Positions 12,751 through 25,611 of a stretch of DNA of 64,000 nucleotides are shown here, in pieces (the first letter of the stretch is position 1; every line of letters starts with the position of its first letter). The stretch is taken from positions 492,413 to 556,412 of the forward strand of contig JBJLBB010000001.1 of assembly GCA_045568435.1 (NCBI GenBank), in the 5' to 3' direction. Position numbers and translations under genes: made by a program. Origin of the DNA: Candidatus Poseidoniaceae archaeon. GTDB lineage: Archaea > Thermoplasmatota > Poseidoniia > Poseidoniales > Poseidoniaceae. The notes under the pieces are model-generated. The model was not told where the DNA came from. It made no database searches and saw nothing but the letters and a program-made list of their open reading frames with translations.

Positions 12751-12920
12751 GGGCACACTCATCAATCTACACGATTTATGGCTTTGCTTCCGTGACACGA
12801 TATGAATTCCCAATATCTTGGACTAAACAAACACCAGACTTACGGTTAGTGTTGCGGTTTGCCGGACAAATCTAACAGACATCATCTATTGGTGATGCCT
12901 TGAGCCACTACAAATTCAGA

Positions 12921-13053
12921 TCACTTTTTGTTATCGTGTAATTCTCTGGCTTGCTTAGCCCACTGGTCTCGCTTAACACGGCCTGGGAAGAACTCGATTG
13001 CTTTGTTGACTTCTTCTTCGATCTTAGACGTCATATTACCAACTTGTTCAAAG
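12921..13053. repeat. 133-bp perfect direct repeat, copy 2 (3' end of giant gene B)
   Basis: Identical to 1305..1437. Confidence 0.9.
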
Positions 13054-16000
13054 GTGTAGATACCAAGAGCATACAGTTTCTCAGCGATAAAAGGACCAAT
13101 TCCCTTGATGGTTTGCAGGTCATCTTTCTCATCAATAGTTGCCACACCAAGTGTTGCAAAGTCAATAGTTTCGGCCTTCTTAGCAATACGCTCCAACTCT
13201 TCAGCCTGCTTGAGAGCTTTTTCGTCCAATTTGACATCTTCACCAAGTAGAATCTTGGCTTGATTTACCCATTGGTCTCGCTTGACTCGTCCTGGGAAGA
13301 ACTCGATAGCCTCGTTGACTTGAGTCTCCAGTTTAGCAGTCATGTTAGCAATTTGTCGATAGGTTGTGATACCTAAGGCATTCAACTTCTCTTCGATAAA
13401 CGGACCGATTCCCTTGATTACCTGCAAATCATCCTTTACCATTACAACTGAAGCTTTACCAAATACTCTGGTTATTCCACCAACACCGGTTAAAGTATTG
13501 CCGTCTTTACCAGTCCAAGTGATTATTGTCGAGCCCTTGTCATCGGTAATTGCGGCACTTCCAGCATCAGCAAACTCCTTAGCATTAGCAACTTCCAATG
13601 TCTTAGCACCCTTCTTGACTTCACTTTTCAGTTTGGTCGAAGATGCTGTTCCTAGTACCTTGAAGTCAATGGTCTTCGCACGTGATTTAACACGCTCAAT
13701 TTCCTCTTCCTTCTTGGCTTCTTTAGTGGTTGCTGGTTTCTTCTTTGCTGCTGCTTTCTTGGCCTTTTCTGCATCAGCCTTAGCCTTCTTTTCTGCCTCT
13801 TCGGCTTCCTTCTTGGCTTTGGCTTCTGCTTCAGCGGCTGCTGCTGCATCTGCTTCTTTCTTGGCTTTCGCTTCTGCCTCTTTGGTAGCCTTAGCATCTG
13901 CTTCTTCCTTAGCCTTCTTCTCAGCCTCTTCGGCTTCTTTCTTGGCTTTCTTGTCAGCAGCGGCTTCCTTCTTAGCCTTGGCTTCAGCAGCCTTGGCATC
14001 TTTTTCTGCCTTCTTTTGAGCCTTCTCTTCAGCCTCTGCTATTGCGACTGCTGCTAGAGCTTCTTCCTCAGCCTTCTTGGCTGCTTCAGCCTCTTCCTCC
14101 TCAAGTCGAGCCTTCTCTTCAGCCTCTGCTGCAGCGGTTTCTTCGGCTTCCTTCTCAGCCTTCTTTTCTGCTTCTTTGGCCTCCTTAGCGGCTTGCTTTT
14201 CAGCCTCTGCTGCTTCCTTCTTAGATTGCTTTTCGGCTTCTTTCTCAGCCTTCTTACGCTCTGCTTCGAGTTTCTTTTGTTCCTTGACATAATCTGGGTC
14301 TGGTTTGACCTTGATATCCCACATGAAGTAGACAGACCTTCGTCCTACCTTGACTGCACCTTGGAATTCTCCACCAGCAAGTGTTGGTTTGAAACTATCA
14401 TCAAACAATAATCGGAATTTCATTACTCCATCATCATCAGCGACTATCATTCGAGTTCCTTCTTCACTTCCTGAATCATCTTGCATCAGGAATCTACGCT
14501 CGTTCTCGCGGTCAAAGTAGTCTTGAGACTTAACCTTCAAACCCGGAGTAATATCAGTAATTGTAATCAATTCTTTACTGACTACAACCGAACCAGGCTT
14601 AACTGTCTTGAGTGGTTTCAAGATGAATGGATTATCCTTAGTACCGACACCATCTGTAAACTTCGGCTTTGAAGTTGTATTTTCTGGTTCAGCATCATCA
14701 ACTAATGCAATTACTCTATCCCTTAGAAGGAATATAGGTATCAGTAGAAGTAGCAGTAATAAGAAGCAAAGTGGGAAACACCACCAAGCCATTCCTTCAT
14801 CATCCTCATTATCACCATCGCCTTGTAGTTGGTCACAAATATCACCATCTGTATTTTCTGGACTCGATGAATTATCATATGGATTAGACCCACAATCAAT
14901 TTCATCTTGGTCAAAGAAACCATCATTATCATCATCATGGTCTACAGTGATATTTCCTGTATAATTAGCAGGCAGACTATCTGGTAAAGAGTCATTATCG
15001 GTATCATTGAAAACGGTAATTGATAGAATAAATGAATGTTGATAATTACTATTGTTAGCCCAAACGGTAACATTAACTGGCTCTTCGGAGTAATTTGTAG
15101 GTGTACCTCTAATTCCACCATCGAGCATTGCATCTCTTGCTGGGCTCCAGCCAAATGTCAATCCTTCAGGGATTTCTCCATCGATTTCCCATGAAGCAAC
15201 TTCGCCTATTCCAGTAACGTTTGGTAAGAAATCAACCATTGTCTTGTTGACAAATAGGTCGACATATTGAGATTCATAAGTCATATTGAAATCAAGGTCA
15301 ATAATGTCATCTAATGCATCACAAATTCCATCCCCATCCATATCTGGAAGGAGATTGACAACCTTTGGATCAGTTCCGCACATTTCCTCAGTCAAGTCAA
15401 CAATGGTATCATTATCGTCATCTAAGTCTTCGATTAGACCTGTTGTTGAATTTCCATTGAGCTCATCAGGCATACCATCCCCGTCAGTATCAAGCGATGC
15501 TGCTGGGTCGTTAGGGAACGCGTCTGGGCCAGCGACACAAATTGCTACATCAGGAGTTGCAGGTCCGTCACAAACTCCGTCACCATCGGTGTCAGGGTTT
15601 GCAGGGTCTGTACCTGTATCTGAAGTTGAATTGTATATTCCAGTCTCGGTTTCAAAGATATTATCGATTCCATCACCGTCTTTGTCATCATCAAGTGCAT
15701 CACAAATTCCGTCACCGTCCATGTCACTAGGAACATCAGTTGCATTTAGTGGGTCAGACAAACAATCGTTCTCTAGGGTGTCTAGGAAACCATCGTTATC
15801 ATCATCATCATCTGCAATTAGACCACCATCACCATCAGGGTCATCGTCTGGGAAGGCGTCACCATCGGTGTTAACCGGCAGTGCTGGGTCAAGAGGATGT
15901 GAGTCAGGACCAGCGTAGCATACGCCGTCAACTGCATCAGGACCGTCACAGAATCCATCACCATCGGTGTCTGGATTGAGTGAATCAGTACCATTGGTTG

Positions 16001-19000
16001 CTTCATCAACATCCGGCATACCATCAGCGTCATCATCCAAATCTTCGATTAAATCAAATGGTGGCAAGCCAGTATCTGGATAATCATCCGGCAACTGGTC
16101 AGGCATACCATCTCCGTCGGTGTCTTCCAAAATCTCAAGCCAGAAAGTAGATTCTACACTTCTTGGCTCAGAAGTATTAGCCCAGAGAGTGAATGTGGTA
16201 TTGTCCATGGTCTCAAGTGGTGTTCCACTAATTATTCCGGTGTTGACATCTAAAGTCAAACCTGCAGGTAAGTCAGGAGATACTGCCCAAATAGCGCCAG
16301 GAACGGCGTTAGCAGGAGGTAGTGGAATCATCTCAGTATTATTGACAAGTACAGTTGGGCCAAGTGGACCGGTTCCAACTGGGTTGGAGTCAGGACCAGC
16401 GATACAAATTGGTAAGACCGAATTTGGACCATCACAAATACCATCATCATCGGTATCTGGGTCAAGTGGGTCTGTTCCCATATCACCAGAACCATTGAAT
16501 ATTCCAGTTCCAGTTTCAGCGACATCAGATGCCCCATCGCCATCATCATCCAAGTCTTCAACCAAGTCAAATGGTGCTTCACCAATTGTTGGATAATCAT
16601 CTGGTAATTCGTTTGGCAGACCGTCTCCGTCAGTATCTTCCAACACTTGCATGTTGAATGACCAACTCGAAGTGAAACCATCTGCAGTTACATTAGCAAA
16701 TAGCGTGTATGTGATATTATCTGTGACTTCTGTTGGTGTTCCAGAGATTACTCCAGTAACTGGATCTATTACGATTCCAGCAGGTAGTGCTGGATGAACT
16801 TCGTAAACCGCATCATCAACATCATACTTAGGCATCAAGTAGGTCATTGGTGTATTGTTGAGTAAGTATGCTGTACCATCAATTGCCGTACCAAGTTCAG
16901 TATCTGGACCTGCTACACAGATTGGTAATACGTCAATTGGACCATCACAAATACCGTCGTTATCGGTATCTGGGTCAAGTGGGTCGGTACCAGTATCTGT
17001 GTCGCCATTGTAGATTCCAGTATTGGTTTCGTTAACGTCCTCAATACCGTCACCATCATCGTCCAAGTCCTCAACAAGAGGAGGCACGCTGTTGGATGGT
17101 GGATTCAGAGTATCTGGGTCACCATCACCGTCAGTATCAGTATCAGCCGATGGGTCAAGTGGGAAAGCATCTGGACCAGCAACACAGTCTGGCTCAAAGG
17201 CAACTGGACCATCACACATACCGTCACCATCAGTGTCCGGATTAGTTGGGTCGGTACCATCTTCTGCTTCATCAACATCAGAGTTACCGTCATTATCATC
17301 ATCCATATCCTCAATCAAGCCAGGTGAGTCAGGATTGGTTGGGTCGTAATCATCTGGCAGCTCATTTGGCATACCATCGCCGTCACTGTCCTCAAGAATC
17401 TCAATTGTGAAATCCCAAGACAGCGAAGTTCCGTCAGTGTGGTTAGACCAGACAGTGAATGTTGTGTTAGTCAAGGTTTCAGTTGGCATACCGGTAATAT
17501 CACCAGTGTTTGGATCGATTGACAAACTCGCCGGTAGGTCAGGTGAAATCTCGAAAGTTCCACCAGGCACTACCAAGTAAGGTGCAAGGTCGTTGATGGC
17601 AGTATTGTTGACTCCAACCAAGGTTGGTGGTGGTGTGTTACCATTTGGTGATGGGTCAGGACCGGCAATACAAATTGGTGGTACTGCATTTGGACCATCA
17701 CAAATTCCATCATCATCAGTGTCAGGGTCAAGTGGGTCAGTTCCAGTATCTTGTCCATTGATGTAGATGCCAGTATCAGTCTCAACGGTGTCAAGTAAGC
17801 CATCTCCGTCATCATCATCATCAGCAATCAAGCCGGAAGTAGGTGGATTGGCTGGGTTGTAGGCTGGTGGCAAGTCATTTGCCAGGCCATCGCCATCAGT
17901 ATCGAGTAGACTTTCAAGACTGAAAGTAAAGGTTTCAGTTGCGCCACTACTATGGGTTGCAGTAACGGTAAATGTATCACTCATTGGACTGTCAACCGTA
18001 CCGGTAATCTCACCAGTTGCACTATCTTGCAATAGAGTGTTTGGCAAAGTTGGTGAAATGCTCCATGTGGTTGTGCCATCCCAGAATGCAGGATGGAAGC
18101 CGATTGCATCAATCGGTTGGTCTTCCACTACAGTGTGTGGATAAGCATTGTCCACGCTGAAGTACAATTCGTGCGTGGTCGAATAACCGCTTTGGTTGGC
18201 GTAAATAGTGTAGGTTTGATTGGTCGCATAGACCGAAGGTGTGCCGCTAATCGTACCGCCTGAGATACTCATACCTGCAGGTAGTGGTGGTTCGGTCTCC
18301 CATGATACTGGTGGAGTGTAATTTGAGTAAGTAATCACTGAAGGTTGATATCCAGCAACTCTTGGGTATGGGCAATTTGGACTTCCTTGCCCAGTTTCCG
18401 ACCACCGAGTTCCAATATCATAATACAGAACATCATCAATTACAAATGAAAAGCGCTTACCTGGACTTACACCATAATTAATGATATAACTAGAGCATGA
18501 TGAAGTGGCAGTAGGATGTGTAGGCATATCAGTATAATGATTTGATACAAAATATAGTGACTCGTTTGATATATCATAAGCCCAAAGATGACCATTATTT
18601 GCAGTATAGTAACCCGGACTCCCTCCTTGTTGGAATGAGTTATCGTGTGCATGTCCTGAAAAATAAATAGTATCACCGACAACCAAACTCATTTCACTCC
18701 CCGGGTCGAACCCGGTAAACGGATTACCTGGTAAGTCCGTTATCATCCATGCTGTTTCGTTTGTGGTGTTGTAAGCCCAAAGTTCCTCAGCGTTGCTATC
18801 GTCATCAAAACCAAAATAAATTACATCATTAACTATGAGGCGCATGTTATTAGTGGGAAAGCCACAACCACTATTGTAAAGACACGGGAAATTCGGCACT
18901 TGCCATGCTGATTCATTTTCAGTATTAATTGCCCAAATTTGTTGGGACATGTGATTTTGACCTGTACCCATTCCTATGTAATTGGTTCCAATTGTATAGA

Positions 19001-22000
19001 TAGTTGAACCAATAACTCCAATGTATTGCATTCGATTATAATTCTGATAAGAAAGAGTGTCTGACTGGTCTACATCGGTAACTACCCAATGAGTATAATT
19101 TGATGTATCATAAGCAAAGATTTTTCGATCAGCAAGGTTTGTTCCTGTTGTTGTTATAGCATCGAAGTAAATTGTATCACCTATAACTACACTGAAATCA
19201 TCACCTGGTCTAGAAGATGAAGAAGAACCAGAAGCTGCAATACCTGGATTAATATCAGCGGCTAACCAAGTTGTTTGGTTGGTTGCAGTATATGCCCAGA
19301 GTGCTTCGCTATGAGGATAAGGCCATGATGTATCTTCACGGGCACCAAAATAGAGCGTGTCGCCGACAACTTGCGTCATGTATTGTCCTGGGTATGCACC
19401 ATTTCCATTATCAAAGATATCAGTTACATTCCATGCTGTTCCATTTTGTGGATTAAAGCCCCATATTTCAACATTATTTGCAGTGTCGTTTTTAGCATCA
19501 AAATACAACACTCCATCCATAACTTCTGTAAAATATGCTCCTATCATTGATGCAAATGCAGTCGGATTGATATCTTTAACAAACCAAGTTGTGTTTGTCA
19601 ATATGTCGTGTGCCCATAATTCTCTTCCATGAACCCCATCGTCTGCATCGAATATAATCGTATTATCAATCAAAACTGACATTCTTTCACCTGGTACACT
19701 GTCACCATTGGAATTAATATCTGCTACAAGCCATGACATGCCTGTATCAATGCTATATGCATAGAGTTCATGACCTGCCGAACCACTTGCTACTATTCCA
19801 TCCATGTATATTGTATTACCATGATGTATTGCCATATGTTCTCCGCAATCACAGAATATGTCTTGATTATCCCACCAGATTGAACCATTTCCTGTTACAT
19901 TTACTGGTGCTGTTTGATGTCCATCTTGCGAGGTGTAGGATAGAGAGATTGGGGTCATTGCTTCACCAAGTTGCAGTTCAGCACCATCAACTGTTGAGGT
20001 GATTTCACCAAAAGTAAATGTTGACAACCAAATATCTGCCTCATAGGTAATTCCGTTAATGACGGCGGAGATGGTGTAGGTCGTGTTTACTGAGTCTACT
20101 GTTGGTGTACCGCTGATTGTACATGTTCCAGAATCGATGTTGAGTCCTGTAGGTAGGCTTGGTGAAGCAACACAACTTGTTGCACTGGTGATTGGACTTG
20201 AATATTCGACTCCTGAACCTGAACCACTACCTGAACCACTATCCGGCCCTTGCTGATACAGTGAAACCAAAGTCATTTGTGAGTTTAATTCAAAGCCATG
20301 TAAAATCTCTACATCACCATTTGAATCAACAACTACTGCGGTTTCATAACCATATCCTGTCGTACCGGTTGGCCCTGGATTATTGTATTGTGCGGTTTGC
20401 CAAGACCCAGAAACATCGTTCACATAGAGCAAGTGCCTGGCGTCTTGGAATTGATGTGAAATGTGTATATTATCATCGGTATCAATAAATATCGAGGATA
20501 AAGCTCCGCATGAGTGTGTACCGCTTTGAAAGCCAACTGAGCATGGGAAGGTACTGGAGGAGGTTGATGTCCAAGTCCCTCCAGAATTATTCGAATAGAT
20601 AAGATCGCTGTTGCTTTGATGAACAGAATGGACCACATCTGTAGAATCGATATTCACTGACACGTATCTAGCACCGTAGGAACCAAAGACGGTTGAACCA
20701 ATCTGCGTTGAAACCCAACTTCCACCTTCATTTGTGGTATGGTTCAATCTGTTATTCTGGCCATCACGCATAGTGTAGAGGACATGCGCAGCATCATCCG
20801 AATCAAGAATCAGGTCAAACGATGTATCGGACAAATGATAGCTACTGTAGGTTTGTTGGAGAATTGTTGATGACCATGAGCCACCCGAATTATCCGCTAT
20901 CTCCAATTTTGCAGTTGAACGGCCGCAGTCATATACGTAAGCGATGTATGCATTATTGTTTGAATCAACATCAATTGAGGTTCCACAATGGTAGTTATAG
21001 CCCCAAAAACGAAGGAAATCTGATGCAACAGACGTTGCCCACGAGCCAGCAACATTGTTGGTGTACATGACTTCTTTATTGGTGAAATTAAGATAGGAAA
21101 TGTGGATCTTATCGTTGGAATCTATGACTATGGAAGGGTCATATTGGGATTCTCCTGTCGCTAAAACCTCACTTGACCAAGTTCCTGAAGCGTCATTGGT
21201 GTATATTAGGCTCAACGAATCTGGGTCGAAAAAGACTGCATGGATGACATCATTGGAATCAATATCTGCTTCTAAATCTTGTATTCTTGCGTTTGTTCCA
21301 CCCGCAAAGATCGTTTCAATGGTTCCATTTGCTGGTGGCAATGGAGCGTTAAACGTAATATCGGTCATTACTTCACCGGTCTCAAGGTCAACACCTTCGA
21401 CGCTCGACGTGAGAATAGGGTTTGAAGAGGATAACCAAACACTTGTCTGGAAGGTTGTTCCACTGATTACTGCAGTAATTGTGTAGGTTGTGTTACTGGT
21501 TACTACTGTTGGTGTGCCGCTAATTGTGCACGTGCTGCTGTCGATGTTCAAACCGCTAGGCAACGAAGGTGTTGCAACGCAGGAGGTTGCACCGGCGACA
21601 TTAGTGATCAATCCAGTGCTGGAATCCCAGGTGTTGCTGCCGGAAACCGCATACGGGTGAACCCTGGTCGGTGTTGGCCAACACCATCGCCCAACTGTCC
21701 GTAGCTCGTTCCGTCCCCAGCACTTCATCTCGTTGTTATCAAGAATCACGCAGGTGTGGCCCGACGCCAGCAGAAACCGCAACGGCCGTGCGGCCTGTGC
21801 CTAGGTCAATCGCTGTGGAAGGTGCGTTGGTGGCGGTGTTAGTTCCACCATCGCCCAACTCGTCCGTAGATGTCCCGTCCCCAACACTTCAATTCGCCGT
21901 TATCAAGAATGGCGCAGGTGTGGTCCTCTCCAGCAGACACTGCAACGGCAGTGCGGCCGGCACCGAGGTCGACCGCTGTGGAAGAAGGTATGTGTCCAGG

Positions 22001-25000
22001 TGTGTCGTGTAATGCCTCCTACCCAATCGCCCCACTGTCCGTACCTGTCATATCCCCAGCACTTCAGGTCGCCGTTGTCAAGAATCGCGCAGGCGTGATA
22101 CGAACCTGCTGAAACCGCAAGCGCAGTTCGGCCTGAACCGAGGTCAATCGGTGTGGAGAGGAGGAGTTGATTCCGCTGGAATGTTAGTGCCGATGGAGGG
22201 GATATACAATGCCCAACTCTCCCGCGAAGTTCTGCCCCCAGCACTTCAGGTCGCCATTGTCAAGAATCGCACAGACGTGCATAAACCCGCCATCTACTGC
22301 AACGGCCGTGCGGCCCGGGCCGAGGTCAATCGGTGTAGAGGGAGGAGTGTACTCGTCGTTGCTGGTACCAATACCCAACTGACCATAGTCGCCCCTTCCC
22401 CAGCACTTCAGGTCACCGTTATCGAGAATAGCGCAGGTGCGATAATAATCTGCAGAAATGGCAACGGCCGTTCGGCCCGTGCCAAAGTCTATTGAAACAG
22501 GTGAAAGTTGGTTTGCGGAGCTCATATCGTCACCCAACTGTCCGTATTGGTCGCTTCCCCAACACTTCATGTCACCGTTGTCAAGGATGGCGCAGTTGTG
22601 AGTTGACCCAGTTGAAATGGCAACGGCCGTTCGGCCCGTGCCGAGGTCAATCGCTGTGGATGAAGGAGTGTTTTGGGCAAAGAGAGAGGTTGCACCATTG
22701 CCCAACTGTCCTTGTTGATTAAATCCCCAGCACTTGGCATCGCCGTTGTCGAGAATAGCGCAAGTGTGGAGTTCTCCAACACCGACCTTGTTGTTCGCAT
22801 AAGCAGAGGCGGAGGAACTCGAAGAGCCGCTGCTTGAGCCGCTGCTCAGTACAGTTGAGGAATCCCAGGTGTTGCTACCAGTAACCAAAACAGGTGTGAT
22901 TTGGCCTACGGAGGAGGCGGAACCTTGGCCCAACTGCCCACGATCCTGTCTCCCCCAGCACTTCGCATCGCTGTTGTCAAGGATGGCGCAGGTGTAGTAA
23001 GTTCCAGCAGAAACCGCAACGGCCGTCCGGCCCGTGCCGAGGTCAATTGCTGTGGAGGAAGGTGCTGTTGTGTACGTGGAAGTTGTATGTTGTGTTCCAC
23101 CGTCGCCCAACTGTCCGTAGTTATCCCATCCCCAACACTTCAAGTCGCCGTTGTCAAGGATGGCGCAGGTATGGTGAAGTCCAGTAGAAACCGCAACGGC
23201 TGTGCGACCAGTACCGAGGTCAATCGCTGTGGACGAAGGGGCGTTGGTGTCCGTGTTGGTTCCACCGTCGCCCAACTGTCCCTTGTAGTCTCGCCCCCAA
23301 CACTTCAGGTCGCCGTTGTCAAGGATAGCACAGGTGTGGAAGTTTCCAGCAGACACCGCAATGGCCGTGCGGCCCAGGCCGAGATCAATCGGTGTGGATG
23401 AAGGGGCGTTGGTGGCAATGTTGCTTCCACCATTGCCCAACTGTCCATAGTTATCGGCCCCCCAACACTTCAGGTCGCCGTTGTCGAGAATTGCGCAGGT
23501 GTGGCTCGAACCAGCAGATACAGCAATGGCCGTTCGGCCCATGCCGAGATCTATCGGTGTGGATGAAGGTGCGAGGATGTCCGTGTTGGTTGCACCGTAG
23601 CCGTGGGCGGAATCTATTCCCCAACATTTCAAGTCGCCGTTGTCGAGGATGGCGCAGGTGTGGTAATCTCCAGCAGATGCCGCAACTGCCGTTCGGCCTG
23701 AGCCGAGATTAATCGGTGTGGATGAAGGAGCGTTGAGGTCGTTCGCAGTAGGATCAGCGCTGGACCATGCTGGCCCGCCATCGCCCAACTGTCCTTTCCA
23801 GTCATATCCCCAACACTTCATGTCGCCGTTGTCGAGAATGGCGCAGGTGTGTTGGAGACCTGTGACCACCTGCAAAGCCGTTCGGCCCGTGCCGAGATCA
23901 ATCGCAGTGGATGAAGGTGCGAGGATGTCCGTGTTGAATCCACCGTCGCCCAACTGTCCCTTGTGGTCATTCCCCCAACACTTCAGGTCGCCGTTGTCAG
24001 TAATAGCGCAGGTGTGACTGCTGTGTTTTGCATCAAGCTTGTTGTTCGCATAAGCAGAGGCGGAGGAACTCGAAGAGCCGCTGCCTGAGCCGCTGCCTGA
24101 GCCGCTTACTGCACTGGAGTCATATTGGAAGGTGATGTTGGTCATGGCCTGCCCAACTGTAAGGTCTGCACCTTCTGAACTGGCAATTAAGTCAGTAGCA
24201 GAACTGCCGCTATTAGAGCCGGTTGAATTGTCCCATGTAAAACCGCCATCAACAATTCCAGGAACCGATGAATCGCTTTGACCAGGTCCATTACCTAGGG
24301 CACCATTGTGATCATGTCCAAAGCATGTCAAGGAACTATCGTCAAGAATGGCGCAAGTGTGGTCGCTTCCAGCAGAGATGGCTAATGCTGTTCTGCCAAC
24401 TCCGAGGTCAACCCACGCAGGAGAATAAGCGGGTTGTGTTGTCGGGGCACCGGTACCAAGTCTGCCATAACCGTTAGCGCCCCAGCAATATAATGAGCCG
24501 TTGTCAACAATAGCACAGGTGTGAAAATCTCCAGCAGATACTGCAACTGGTGTGCTACCTGCTCCCAGATCAACCCAACTTGGTGTACCAATTGTTTGCA
24601 TAGAGCCTCCTGAACCATTACCCAACTGACCATACGAGTTATGTCCCCAACAGTAGAGTGAACCGTTGTCATAAATTGCGCACATGTGTTGGCTTCCCAG
24701 AGATATTTGCGCAGCAGTTCTACCGGCTCCAAGGTCTACCCAGAGCGGAGCATACTCATTGGCTTGGGGGCCTGATGAGTGAAAAGGGCCGCCGCGGCCA
24801 AGCTGACCATATGCGTCGCTGCCCCAGCAGTAAAGCGAACCATTATTGAGAATCGAACAAACGTTCATGCTACCAACACCGACTGCTACTGCGGCATTTC
24901 CGCCCAAGTCAACCCAGCCTGGAGACGTTTGAAGTCCCAGATGTTGATTTCCATAGCCCAGTTGTCCATGAGTATTACTGCCCCAGCAATAGAGTGAACT

Positions 25001-25558
25001 ATTATCAGCAATAGCACAAGTTGTACCGTAGGCAGCAGCAATTCTTGTCGCAGTCCTACCCACTCCTAAATCCACCCACACCGGAGTAGTTTGTGTTTGA
25101 GTTTGTTGTCCATTGCCTAGTTGACCATATGTATTCTCTCCCCAACACATCAGTGAGCCGTTGCTCAGAGTAGCACAAGTATGACGATATCCGTTTACGA
25201 CCTCATTAACAGTTGTACCAGTGCCAAGGTCAACCCATACCGGAGTATGGGCATTTGTGGTGGTGCCATCACCAACTTGTCCGCGATTATTCAGCCCCCA
25301 GCACAATAGCGTGCCGTTGTCCAGAATCGCACATGTATGAAGTCCTGATGCGTCAAGTTGGTAACTATGCCTAATCTCAGTACTAGGTGAATTGCTTGAG
25401 CCACCTGTCTCCATAGCCGATGAATAATCATCAAATGAATCATTACCGGTTCTTGGACTATTTATCAGGTCTAAGTACCCGACTTGAGTCATGATTATCA
25501 TAATAATAATCAAAAACGCTGATTTTACAGTTTTTCCATGGCTTGCGCTACGCTGCAT
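12921..25558 (-). CDS. Giant membrane-anchored surface protein B (~4,200 aa): three RCC1 propellers, further propellers (including ELW-type), He_PIG and TSP3-like repeats, TM helix, cytoplasmic domain, long Ala/Lys/Glu coiled coil and two HhH domains
   Basis: Joins ORFs 22184..25615 (likely start ATG 25558), 21903..22244 and 12921..21782. RCC1 blade motifs continue across several indels in 21650-22200. TM is WWCFPLCFLLLLLLLIPIFLL. Two DDLQxIKGIGPFIxEKLxALGI domains. Confidence 0.85.
21620..25370 (-). repeat. RCC1-blade tandem repeats forming three propeller modules in gene B
   Basis: Recurrent CACTTCAGGTCGCCGTTGTC...GCGCAGGTGTG units. A 47-bp identical linker is present at 22787-22833 and 24038-24084 (encoding GSSSSSASAYANNK). 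Confidence 0.88.
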
Positions 25559-25580
25559 GATAGATGTTTTTACAGCAAGT

Positions 25581-25608
25581 GGATATAAGTTAACCCGTTC
25601 ATGAAAGG
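25581..25608 (-). promoter_or_regulatory. Putative promoter of giant gene B (GGGTTAAC-TTATATCC) with an adjacent imperfect palindrome CCGTTCATGAAAGG
   Basis: TATA-like TTATAT lies 25-30 nt upstream of ATG 25558. The octamer is shared with gene A and the 16-mer is shared with 27041-27056. Confidence 0.55.
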
Positions 25609-25611
25609 AAC

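Noticed and set aside
1305..13053. Diversity-generating retroelement TR/VR pair suggested by the 3'-terminal 133-bp repeat
   Set aside because: The copies are identical (no adenine-specific mismatches), both are coding, and no reverse transcriptase is present in the window.
13690..14290. TolA or histone H1-like gene
   Set aside because: Low-complexity Ala/Lys/Glu stalk within gene B; compositional similarity only.
8815..22200. Programmed frameshifting or phase variation at the two ORF breaks
   Set aside because: Each break has several scattered indels with no homopolymer tract or slippery heptamer, which fits sequencing error better.
1335..25000. Numerous short + strand and alternate-frame ORFs within the giant genes
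   Set aside because: Shadows of repetitive, biased coding sequence with no independent motifs. Only 21903..22244 carries real in-frame pieces of gene B.
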